Shown in pieces: positions 1-11,820 of a stretch of DNA of 64,000 bases. The DNA is taken from the NCBI GenBank assembly GCA_965285935.1, contig OZ260664.1:77066001-77130000 (forward strand), read 5' to 3'. Made by a program: the position numbers and the translations under genes. Numbering within the stretch: the first letter of the stretch is position 1; the number at the start of each line of letters is the position of its first letter. The DNA comes from Ophelia neglecta. Its lineage: Eukaryota. The notes beneath the pieces are model-generated. The model was not told the DNA's origin and did not search any database. It worked only from the letters and a program-made list of their open reading frames with translations.

Positions 1-3000
1 AGCAGAGAGTCTTAATAGCAAATATCGACCGGGCGTGGAGTAATGGGCAGGTATCTGAATTCTTTGTTAGATTTTTTATATTTTAATACCTGGAAATATC
101 TCTTGTTAGAGTTTTACCTCTTGTTGTTTCTTGTTTTCTCACAGTTTAAGTTCATTTAAAACGGCACGCGGCCTCATTTTTTAACCCAGCTCATTCTTTA
201 GGTTTTGGTAAGCCCTGATTAGTCCAAAGGACAAATGACGTAATTTGAGCTATAGAATTCCTCTGTCCTTATAGATTTATTTCTTTGGTGATCACCAGAA
301 AGCCAAATTTATGAAACACTGTCCAAAGTCGCGGCTCCTAAGTAACTGATCAAAGGTCGAGAACGCCATGTAGCTGGTCACGGACGGGGTAGATTTTCCA
401 GTCATCTTTTGTTTGGTGGGTGTATTCAGGGATTCGTTAAGGATCTTAGAAGCAGCCTAATGTAGCACTTCCTTCTACACGATCCGCCATCTATTCTCCA
501 GTGTCACGTCTGGTTGGAGGCTGCGGTCAATGTTTGGCAATAGAGGCCCATTGCCTTTCTTGAAGTTGACGTTTGGTGTACACAGTAATAGCTAAATAAG
601 CCGTTCCAATTTAGGCCGATTTGGGACATTATGAGAGCTAACTCTTCTGATTGTGGCAAATTCCAAAGTAATACAAATTTGATTAAAATCTGACTGGGCT
701 TGAACAGGCTTGCCAGCGTCCTTCTGGAGTGGTGGCGTGGACACAAAGGGCGAACGTCAACACGGCTAAGCCCGGCGGTAATGGAGAACATTGTGGCCCG
801 GCTGGTGGGCACTCTTCACGGTTAGGTCGGCCCTCACCAGGCAAACAAAAAAAGAAACAAACCCTGCTTGAAGAATTTGCCAAAAGCCAATGTCGGTGGC
901 TCCTCTTCAAGTCCTGACTGGTATTTAGCATAACAGTCAACAAACTATAAGGTAAAATCGGAGAATTTCGCTCAAAGTTTAAATCCGCGCAGGAACTATA
1001 GGCTTATTCTGTTCGGAATAAGGCAAGTGAATGCGCGAAATTAAACGATGCCTTTAAACGGAATTAACCGACTGTATTTAGGATATTGAAATATGCGTGA
1101 AAATACCCGACTTTACAGTGCTAATGAGATAGGTCAGCTCGGAAAGACGCGGAACTTTCAATATATTGTTTTATATTTCTTTTGTTATTTTACATTTGTC
1201 ATGTTCATCAATGGTTTTAAACTGTTTTGTTGCAGTCACAAGTCAAATATAATATAGCTTGTTTTATCATCTGTCTTTAATCATGAACGGTTTTCATTCG
1301 GCTGAATCCCCAGCGGTGCTAGGGCGATAATATAGGTCTGTGAATGCAGACAGAGTAAAAAGCTCACAATTCTGATAGTTCCCATCGGGCCGTTAGTTTT
1401 TCTTTTGCACGGAACAGTGAACACCAGATGGGTGTTTTTATTGTTATGTCAGTGTGTATTGTCGACTACTCATCGTTTTATATGGGACGAGTCAAAAGTC
1501 AAGGTCGAGAAGCAGATGTATCTCCCGAATGCGTGCCCGTTCATCTCCTCCGAACCCTGTCAAATGTCCCTAAAAGTTCTCACCGCTCAGCTCGTCTGCG
1601 GTTGTGAAATCTTTTGTTGGAAGGCTCTTAAACCGAACGAATCGGATATGAGCATGTAAATAAGGCCACAAGAAATAAATACCTTGTAAATAAACAGTAA
1701 TACAAACAACCATAGCAAAACTAATGCGCGGAGGATATCGTTTAATTTGCTGATATGGTCACAACAAGAAGTGATTCGTAAATATTGTGGGCAATGTCAT
1801 TAGCCGAGACTAATTCAATTAAGGGGGTCGGTATGCTTGCACACACTCGTCTGCTAATGTCATGGAGAAAGTGAATTATGTGTTTATTTTTATCGGGAGA
1901 ATGAAATCGTACACAGCGGTCAGGCCCGAGTAATCCCTACACAAACAGACTAATGATTAAACCATATAGTTCTCTCACGTAGCTAGTTTGACAGTTCTCG
2001 GTCTTTCACCGTCTCACGGAGGCCGAGAAAAACCAACAAAATCTGGCACTACCGCCGCATTTTCGTGCCTATCTTATTCTGAGCATGTTTAATTACTGGC
2101 CATTTCACGGAGCTAATTTATAAAAGGCTACAATACTAAGGAGTAAATTAAACAATTTAGAGGTGAATGGAAAGGGTGAGAATGGCCGAAGCTCACGAAG
2201 GGAGTGTTAAGCGTGGTCGACACCTTGAATGGGACCCTTCTCACATTAACCAACTCGGCAGCTGTCCTCGGGCCAATTTGGAAGTCCCTTGTCAAATGTG
2301 TAGCTTCTCTCATGCACTAGACCTATTAGGGCCCTATGGTGTAAGATAATCGCTCAACTTACGCCATTCCTTTCCGGGCAGACCGAACTGATCATTTACT
2401 TGTAGGCCAAAGTTGTAAAAGTGTTTTCAAACTTGTCTGATGACAACTACTGCATTCTTTTGATCTTCCGCGAGGCCAGAGACAGTTCTTATTTTTCTGT
2501 AGGGTATGGTGTAGCCTTGTCATTTGGTTAATTACCATAGAGCTAGACCAATTTAGGGGGTTTGTTTCTATTGAAGGTTATATACTGATATGGTTTTAAT
2601 TCTTTTGCACACTCAAAGAGATCAATTTGATTAGATCACCTCAGCCATTTCTGAAATATTCTGAGTGCCCTACACATTGTTTTAGTATGCCTATTGTCCT
2701 GTTAATAACAATAATTATTGACTACACTTCTTTGTGTCAAACATGCCAAGTCAATTGGACATCTTTGTCCCTATAGGAATACTAGCGGCTAAAAGTTAAG
2801 AGGGCTTTTAACCAAAGGTTGGAGAAACTACAATTAGTAAAAAAAATATATTTATTTGTTTTAAGATCCTAATGACCAAGCTTTGACCTATTGAATATTG
2901 GGTACTCTGCAAGCGCTTTTATCAGGGAGAAACATTTGTCCTAGAGAAAGCTTTAATTGTCTTGATCCTTAAAGCTCACCGACTGTATCTGAATAAATAA

Positions 3001-6000
3001 AACTGGGCTGTGCTTGATAGAGGGTGGGATCCAGGGTGTCTGAGTAGGGCTGAGGGTCCGCTGGTGGGGGTGGTGAGGATGTGGGGTCGGTTCCTTTGTA
3101 GCACTGCCCCCAGAAAGGTGGCCCCAAACCCCCGTCTGCGTGGACACTCATCCCACACCCTCGTTCCTGACCCCCCCCCCCCCTCCCCCTTTCTCCATCC
3201 GCCAGCTGGAAGACGGGGACTTGTGACAAATCCCATGTGAATCACTCTGATATTTCAGAAAGCATATCATTCTCGTTTCCATTAGCCGCCTGCCAGAATG
3301 TCGCTTTGTTTTAGACAAGCAAGAAGTTGATCTAGATAGTCTCTGCTATCTAGCTGGTTTGTCTAATGGGATGCCCACTCCGACGATTTTAAATATACAA
3401 GAGATTAACTCAGCGCTTTATCCCCCGGGATCTATACTTGAGTTAATCCTGTCACAGTTGACATAATTAGCCTGTTTGATTCACCGTTGGGGAGATCTCC
3501 CCATGGCGAAAAGTCGTCTGCACTACAATGGCCGCCAATGATGAGAAACAAGTACATCATACTTTGGCGCCTCCTGGTAATACTAAAAGAAAAACATTGT
3601 ACAAGAGACAACTACTCCACTGTAATTCTCTTTCCCTTTCTACCATTCATGGACGAGTAATCTTTGGATTAACTAATTACTTTTCTTTCCTATACCATCT
3701 TTGATTTCACCGATGGACAATATACTTATTGGTAGATAAACAGGTTGTTGAAAATCCAGCAGCTAAATAGAATTACCTTGACTGTGTTTCCAGAAGGCAC
3801 ACACATTCACATGGAGGTGTGTTTAACAGTAATAGCAAGCCGGTATCTCGAACTAATTTGTGTCGAATCCTTTTGGCTTGGATGCGTTTCGTGTATAAAT
3901 ATAGCCATGTTTGTTAAGCAAATCACCTATATTGCAAGCATAATTTCCTGTCAATTTGCTTATGATAATTTCTTACATTAATATATGACTCCCTACCAGA
4001 AGGCAAGTATTTCGGTCACTTCACGGCATCACTGTGTAAATTGAAGTATTGTTATAGTTGAAAACACACTGCTTGTGTTCTCTATTTCACGTATCTAGTG
4101 ACTGAAAAAATACTGCCATATAGGATCACGATTGACAACACTATGAAAGCGAAATTTGCGAAAGTTTTTTTCCATTGAAGTCAACTTCTTTCATCAATAT
4201 TTGCCCTCTGATATATGCTCTCAATATCTATAACTTTGTTGTACTTACAGTTTTTGTGCAGTTTTTTGGACAATATACTGACCCTTAAACATATAATGTA
4301 TTTGATTTAGATTTTTGGGACGAATTTTTGAATGGTTGAATAGAATTCAGCTCCAAAGGCACCATTGAAGTCTACGGTTTACCCTGAAGGCCAGTATAGG
4401 CCTTCAGCCTGATATACACTCAAATATGGATACAGATTTGTTGATTTTTTAGGATATTGTGTGGTATAGTGTTTTAGAATACATAGTTCAAATATTGGTT
4501 AAAGGATAACCTGAAAAATCAAATTTCTCCATTGCTCTATGCCCCCATTAGGAAATATAAATATATATACTATATAAAACTGAAAAATATACTTTAATAC
4601 GATATGTTAACAGAAATTTTAACTAATAACAAAGAACTGAATTGAAAAATTAGCCTGTAATATGCTTCAACATGAATGTTCTTAATAGAATTTTGACTGT
4701 TGGCCTCGTTTTCTAGGACAAGTTATTAACCAGTGAATAGGTATATATATAATACCCAAACAATGACCAATGGATATTTCGTCTTTTTCTTAGATTACGG
4801 ATCGAGAGTTTATTTGAATTAGGCCCTGTAAAGAGACATCACATAGACAGAAAGATGGCGTGGAGAACTCAAAACAAATCTAGTCAGTTTAATTTGTAGC
4901 AAAGAACCACACGAATGAACAAATTCCTCATGGGATCCTTCATCATCTATAGTGATTGACGCCAATACAGGAAGCAACTTAAACAGCATTATAGAGGAAA
5001 AACACCAAACAGTGTGAGGGGACTCCAGTCGTTCTCTATCATCGTGATATTAAACGACATTCACCCTCTTTAAGAAAAGAAGAAAGCCAACTTTGAATGG
5101 CTTCGGTATCTATGCAGTGTGTTTCTTGTACGTTATAGACCGCCATCTCCTCCGTATTATCCTCTCATTGTGTCTTTAGAATATTCATAAGTCTTGGTTA
5201 ATGAAAGAGAAACACTGCAGCACTAGTCTCTTACACCCTGGTCTTCATCGGGGTCGCCTCGCTCCTCCGTCAATAGATATAGGATCTCAAGGTTTTCAAT
5301 TTAGTTTTGTGAGATCAGTGTATTGTTGACTTTAATGTATCACATCAAAGACAGCGTTTCTATAGGAATTCTATAGGATCTGGTGTCCCAAAATGAGATA
5401 TAATCTATCGCCTGCACAAAACTGACAAAATGAACTTCGAATATCAAATTTGGCCTCTATTTTCAGCACTCTTGCAACATTTAAAATGTTTATTTGTAGC
5501 CATGTTGAATATAGTGTGCATTTGAATATCTGCTGTAGCCTATTTGAATATGTTAGTGTTTAGTTAGCAATTTCCACCTTACTTTGAATCTGTGGCGCTC
5601 AAATCCAAAAACATAAAACGCCACAGCATGCCGATCTAAAATATATTATACATGGTAGGCTTAATACGAAACTAAACTATACTTATACAGGTTGCTTTAA
5701 AAGTTTCTATATGGTGTTTTCCATCTAACCTTTCATATTATCAACCGGCACACACAGTATTTGGGCCCTATGCTTGGAAATATATAGGTAACATGTTTAG
5801 CTTTTCTCGGGGTTATTTTCATTAGTCGCGGTCGACGCATAACAGAACTATTATTGCGTGTTTATAAAACAATTACGCATCTCTCCTTTGTGATATTCAC
5901 GTTTAATTAAAGTGTTTCGCAATGTAGGTTCCTTTACTTTTCTGATTGCCCGGGAGCTATTCCGCCCAGTCTAACAAAGCCGTATCTAAGGCTCGGTCTC

Positions 6001-8004
6001 GACATGCGACTCGGACACAGAGGAATCTGGTAGCTCTCTATTTGTACATCCACTTAGTCCGCCATTCCAAAGCAGACGACACCGCAAATGGAAAAGTAAA
6101 ATGAAAACCGTGGTAAAATACGCAAATGAAATAATTACAAGGCCTGTGTGGAGTAAGTGATTGAAAAAGATGCAAGATGAATGGTGGTCTGCTGTGATAG
6201 TGTCAGACGATTAATGTACAAGATGTAGCGTTTTTCCGCGGGAATGCCGGCTGCACGGACTTGAATGTGAAGTCTTGTCCTTCCTACTTGCCTCGCTACT
6301 CATAATTGTATTAAAGCGGGCCTCGCTCGGGGTACCAAACGGCTCCCAGCTCAATTATCTTTCCTAATATCATTTGGAGAAACCACTTAAAGCGGCTACA
6401 CGTGAGGATAAAACGCCCCAGGGGTACGGGGCTATAGTTCTGACCTGTCCCTTGTTCTCCGTGTTGGCAGCAGATCTCGAGTCTTCGCTATCTCCCCATG
6501 ATAATTGTACATCACAACCGCTGTATCAAATGTGATAACTTCTTACATCCCCATTTCTTTCATTTATGAATTATATTTAGCTGGCTGCACGGTCTCTTAA
6601 AGCACGCCATGTGCAGTATAACTGACAGGTACAGATATTTGATATACATCAAATTCACTAGACTCCGATTAACCGGGTGTAGATTAGGAAGATAATCTCT
6701 GCCATTTACCCAGCGGTTACAATGACTTGTATTTATCGCAGAAGATCACAGCCCTTGTCACCCGAAAAGCAAATTAGTTGGCAAAAACCCGTGAAATACA
6801 CAGTCATGCCTGTCGGTCCCTGGTGAACCTTCTAAGAAAACTTTGCAACTCTATCCCCAACTGTCGCTCTCGTCCAAGATTATCAGCGGCAGCGAGGCGA
6901 GGAGGGGGGCCTGGTGGACGAAAAGGGTCCGTCTCAGGGGGGCGAAGGGCAGCAGTGGTGGGGGGCGATAGGCATCTGCAGCCCAAACAACCCCCCGGGT
7001 CAGAGGATCAGCCCAAGACAAAGGCCGTCTGCCTCGAAAGACGTAACCAGCCCAGCACCTAGCGGGCGAATCTGCCAGAGAATGTATAGACACCGCCTTA
7101 CCGGGGGCTTATAATCCTCCTCCGGCCCCCATGATAAGGTCTTCAGCTGAAGATCTTCCCATTTTTGTCTGCCTGAACATTCTGACTGGGCGCGTTTTGA
7201 TTGTAAGAGACTTGAAGTCTGGTTAGTGGCAACTATGCAAACAACCGCAGGGGCTTTGGGTTTGTTTAGGGATTTTTTAGTGAATTAGACGGGTCTCTAG
7301 TGGAGCGATATGAACCTTTAACTATATCGGTGATACAACGCAGGCATATGCTTGCCTCAAACATGTGCCCTAAACACTGCTGCATTCAATGACAATTTAA
7401 TGCTTGACTTTTCCTACTGTCATGATTGCGCTGGGCTAGAGTCACGCAATGTTGTCACGAAAGCCGAGCTGGGCCTCTTCCCTGCTGACCCCGATGCTTT
7501 CTGACAGTTACACGCTGAATAAAGAGTATCAGTGTTAATATCATTAGCCTAGGCAAAGAATGTTTTCCCTGACACAGACCCATTCACACGTCGTGGGTAA
7601 ACTAATCGCGATTAGGCATTACGTTTATGTCGTCTGCAGACAAGATAAAGGGAGTCAACCATGGCTTGACTTAATAATGTAGACCTTGATATTTAAGCTA
7701 TAATAAAACTATTACCCTTGTATTATCCCTAAATGTGTCCTTAGCCTTTATTTGGATGATGCTTAGCATAATATCAGTTTTATTGCTATATCTTCACCTC
7801 TTGAAGCCTTATCTGTTTATTATTTGCCTCTGTTCATAAGCTTTCAGTGGTGTGTTGTTTGTTTGCTTGCAGATTCGCCAGTGAGCTCCGAGTCTTGCTG
7901 AGAACTCTCCCATCCCGCAGCTCCCCCAGACGATAAGCGCGGGCCCAACATGTTTCATTGACTGACATAGTAGTGTCGCCTCACTCCAAACAAAGCACGC
8001 AAGT

Positions 8005-8301
8005 TGTGGGATAAATTAATGAGGTATTTGCATATTCTTTGCTGGCAGTAGTAGTTAAGGACGACAGAATTTAGTCATTAAATGTCGGCCAATCAGCGCA
8101 CGGAGTGATCGACAGTGTGTACCTTCAGCCGGCGGACCGGCTGTCATTCACGGAGACTCGCCCAATCAAAACGCCCGATCGCTCACTCCTGCGCACCGCT
8201 ACCACTTCCAGCAGCAAAGTATACAAGTCGAGCTTACATGCATTACACATAAGGCAAGCACTCGTTTTGCAAGTCAGATCAGTTTGATTGTTTTACAAAC
8301 G
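8005..8301 (+). promoter_or_regulatory. Proximal promoter / 5' UTR of POU3
   Basis: Directly upstream of the ATG are ATAAATTAATGAG (8011-8023), an octamer ATTTGCAT (8026-8033), two CCAAT boxes (GGCCAATCAG ~8087-8096; CCCAATCA 8161-8168) in a CpG-rich stretch, and an Inr-like TCAGTT at ~8279. The TSS cannot be placed exactly. Confidence 0.6.
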
Positions 8302-9579
8302 ATGGCTACAACTGCTGCGAACCCGTACATAGGCACAAACCCAGGATCGTCACTCAGTAGTGTTCTCAGCGACAGTGCCAACATGCAGGTGCCAGTGTCG
8401 CAGACGACTCAGTACCATCACCGGGACTTGGCCGCCGACATGAAGTATATGCCACAGCACCAAAACGGACACCCTCTAAGTCACCACAACCAGTGGCTTA
8501 ACCTCTCCGACAACAACGTTTGGGGCGCCAGTATGGGGAACCACACGATGCACTCTCAGGACATGAAGCCCGGGCTGGGGAACGATGGCCATCACGGTAC
8601 GTTACACCACCGAGCCCAGCAGCAGCTGCACCAGGCCCATGCCGCCTGGTCCACCCCCGTCACCTCCGCACACCTCAACATGTCCAACGGACAGCCTCAG
8701 ATGCAGCACCCTGCCTATATGATGAACGGGGGCATGTTGTCTCCTGTCCAGGGCCCCTACATGAGGGAGAGTCTGGGCCTCCCCGACCCGATGGGTGACC
8801 ACCATGACCACGACCTTCACGGGGAGGGACAGTCGGACGAGGACGCCCCCACCTCCGACGACCTGGAACAGTTTGCCAAACAGTTCAAACAACGGAGAAT
8901 CAAACTCGGATTTACTCAGGCCGATGTCGGGCTCGCTCTAGGAACTCTCTACGGTAATGTCTTCTCGCAAACTACTATATGTCGTTTTGAAGCTCTGCAA
9001 CTCAGCTTTAAAAACATGTGTAAATTGAAGCCACTACTGCAGAAGTGGCTCGAGGAGGCCGACTCAACCAGCGGCTCCCCAACCAGTATAGACAAAATAG
9101 CCGCTCAAGGCAGGAAGCGGAAAAAGCGGACGAGTATCGAGGTGACTATAAAGGGGGCTTTGGAGTCCCACTTTATGAAGTGTCCCAAGCCGGCCGCCAA
9201 CGAAATCAGCCAGCTAGCCGAATCTCTACAACTAGAGAAGGAGGTGGTGCGAGTGTGGTTCTGCAACAGGAGGCAGAAGGAGAAGAGAATGACTCCCACG
9301 CCGGGAACCATCGGACCCAACGGGGAGTTGATACCCATCCCCAACATGGCCAATAACGGCGACCAGAGCCCGATGCACCCGTCGCCGCTCGGACACCCCG
9401 GCAGTCCCATCCACCATTCGGGGGGTGGGGCGGCCGGCTCGCCGCTCGTCCCCGGACATTCTCTTGGCAGCGTCAGTTCCAATTCTTCGCCTTCTTATTC
9501 AGTGCCACAATCCATATACACGAGTACAGGACTAGTTCATCAGACCTCACCACAGGCCCATCATTCACCTACAAACTAG
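8302..9579 (+). CDS. POU3: Class III POU homeodomain transcription factor (POU3 / Brn-1/2/4 / vvl orthologue), single exon, 425 aa
   Basis: The ORF encodes a POU-specific domain ([77 protein letters not shown], ~8836-9066), the class III linker ([14 protein letters not shown]) and a POU homeodomain ([11 protein letters not shown]...[16 protein letters not shown], ~9109-9294). The N-terminus MATTAANPY resembles MATAASNPY of vertebrate POU3F proteins. The ORF-track start at 8284 is TTG; the first ATG is at 8302 in good Kozak context (ACGATGG). Stop TAG at 9577-9579. LLQKWL is the invertebrate (vvl-type) variant. Confidence 0.98.
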   Translation: MATTAANPYIGTNPGSSLSSVLSDSANMQVPVSQTTQYHHRDLAADMKYMPQHQNGHPLSHHNQWLNLSDNNVWGASMGNHTMHSQDMKPGLGNDGHHGTLHHRAQQQLHQAHAAWSTPVTSAHLNMSNGQPQMQHPAYMMNGGMLSPVQGPYMRESLGLPDPMGDHHDHDLHGEGQSDEDAPTSDDLEQFAKQFKQRRIKLGFTQADVGLALGTLYGNVFSQTTICRFEALQLSFKNMCKLKPLLQKWLEEADSTSGSPTSIDKIAAQGRKRKKRTSIEVTIKGALESHFMKCPKPAANEISQLAESLQLEKEVVRVWFCNRRQKEKRMTPTPGTIGPNGELIPIPNMANNGDQSPMHPSPLGHPGSPIHHSGGGAAGSPLVPGHSLGSVSSNSSPSYSVPQSIYTSTGLVHQTSPQAHHSPTN

Positions 9580-11810
9580 CAATATGAGGACAACATCTAA
9601 TTTAGATTAGTTTTCTTTGTTGTGTATTTGCTGGTATTACCAGTTTGTAGGCCGTAATGCTTTGGCATGGACCATTCCTGTCCGAGTGTATATTATTCTA
9701 CACGTCACCTAACTTCTGCTGGTGCCAGAAATTGGGCTTTGGGCTGCTCCGTTCCCAAGATAGTCTCAAGAGACCCGCGGTTTTTTCCAACTCCCTAAAC
9801 TATGTACAATGGACTCTCTGGTTCTGCACAAAACCACAAAAACTGACCAGGATTCGCTTTGTGACAGTTGTAGTGTGAGTACAAAATATTATTTGTGTAC
9901 TAAATTGTCAAGCATCCCACGTGGAATTCACGTTGATGAACTGTAGGAGAAAGAATTAGACTTGCAAATCTGACTTTCTCTCTTGATTTAAATAATCAAT
10001 CTGCAATTCAAGATGACACTTACCCTGTCGTCTGCTAAATTGTGGACATGCCCTGATGACTGGGGGTGCTCTCTTCATGTCATCAGGTATGTCATGTATA
10101 ATACTATTGTATTTCTTGTACAAAGATTTAAAGGATTTTTTTAAATTTTAAATGTCTGGGAATCTTGTACAATGATTGCTATATTACCAAGCTGCACATT
10201 TTCCTATAGATGTATATATATATATATATATATATTGATTGTCACAGACTATTTAGTGACATATCTCTCTTGTATATCCACCTAAGAGTTGTTATGATTA
10301 TAACCTGTCCCCGCTGCTCGTAAACGAGAGGACAGCTATGAATACTTCCCCTTCTTGGTCCCTATAGGTGTTTATGTTTTAGTAGCATGTTAACGTTATG
10401 GCAAACAATATCAAAATTACTTTGATCTCGGAGTTATTCTATGTATGATTTGTGCAACATAGCGGCATTTTGACCTATTATTTGAGTGTGTTTATCAGAC
10501 ATTCCACCTATCAGGGCATCAGAATCTTCTGTTGTATTTGGTTTGATATAGGGCCTATATTCTGTCATTCCGCTGCTAGTTGGCTGTATTAAGCCGGACA
10601 ATGTTTAACTTTTCGACTAGTTGGTGAAATGTTTGTATCTGACTTTGCGTGTATTATGGTATTAGAGCCATTCGCTTGTTACAGGCGCAATGCATCTCCC
10701 ATATTGACTTTAGTGTTTGTAGTCAGACGAGTTGTGGTTATCAAACAGTCTGTATGGTTGGCATGCCAGCCCTCCATTATTTCATACACCTGTGTGACAG
10801 TACACCGACATATTCAGTCATAATATCTCCTCAATCATTATAACATTTAACGGTGTAATCATCAGTAGTTCATTATAATGATCTTCATACTGTATTAGCA
10901 CCAACCCCGTGTTAACGTATACTCCGAGACTCCAAATAAGAATGTCTTTAATATCGTCCATTACAATACGTTCATTTCAATACTGCTCGGTGTAGCCCTA
11001 CTTTCGGCCGTTATTTGTCACTGACTGCTTTCTAAATGCCTCAAAACAATCCAGAAAAGGCAGATTACGACAGCATTTGCTTAGAAGAAGGCTATCTCAA
11101 GGCATTCAAGCTTCAACAACTCCGATATAATGGTTACGTTTAAATGCTATTCCAGATATTTGTTGGTTTATTTTTGGAGTTCACGTTCTGGAGTGGAATG
11201 TACTAAATTTTCGTTCATAGTCATATCATGTCCAATGGTGGTAGTTTTGATTCATTCAAACAGGAATTTTGGTTTTTTGGCTTGGAGATGTTTTGTTGCA
11301 ATATTGCACATGTTGTGTATAGTTTGTTCCCAAAGACTGTTGTTAGTCGAATGTTAAAAATCAAGCACCTCGCAGCGAATGTAATAGTATTCAATGACTA
11401 TTATAATATTATTAATTGTACAAATTTATCTATGTCCTAAGTACATGATGTTATATTTCTTTGTATATGTGGTTAAATGAGATGAGTGTCGATGTAAGGG
11501 GTGGAATCAGTAATTTATTGCAATTCATAATGATCAACTATTTTATTTTAAAAGAAACTTCCATGTTAGTAAATGAGTGGAATGAACACTTCATACTGTG
11601 TTATATCATGCATCTTATGTAGTGATTGCACCATTGCCGTAGCTTATACGTGTTCATTATTCTTTTATTTTCCTCCAATGTATTCACAACTAAGTCAATT
11701 TTCTCAGAGAAGTCGAGTGATAGGTGATTCTTAGTCTAACTTATATATTGTAATTGTTTCATGAGGGAGAACAAGAATAATGGAATAAACACGAAAATTT
11801 GTAAATCTGT
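9580..11810 (+). other. Probable long 3' UTR of POU3 (~2.2 kb)
   Basis: T-rich and TGTA-rich sequence follows the stop codon. I saw no AATAAA until 11784. Composition changes to GC-richer enhancer-like DNA after ~11900. Confidence 0.55.
10213..10234. repeat. (TA)n microsatellite in the 3' UTR
   Basis: Perfect run of about 11 TA units. Confidence 0.9.
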
Positions 11811-11820
11811 GGTTTGTCCT
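11784..11820 (+). terminator. Polyadenylation signal
   Basis: AATAAA at 11784-11789, upstream TGTA (11749), and a GT-rich downstream element CTGTGGTTTGTC about 20 nt later. Confidence 0.6.

Noticed and set aside
708-820. Possible internal exon (LASVLLEWWRGHKG...) between AG and GTTAGG
   Set aside because: Splice signals are weak, there are no partner exons, and I recognise no homology.
8284-8301. N-terminal extension MIVLQT in the ORF track
   Set aside because: It starts at TTG. The conserved POU3 N-terminus begins at ATG 8302.
8520-9482. Alternative-frame and antisense ORFs overlapping POU3
   Set aside because: These are shadow ORFs expected from GC-rich coding DNA.
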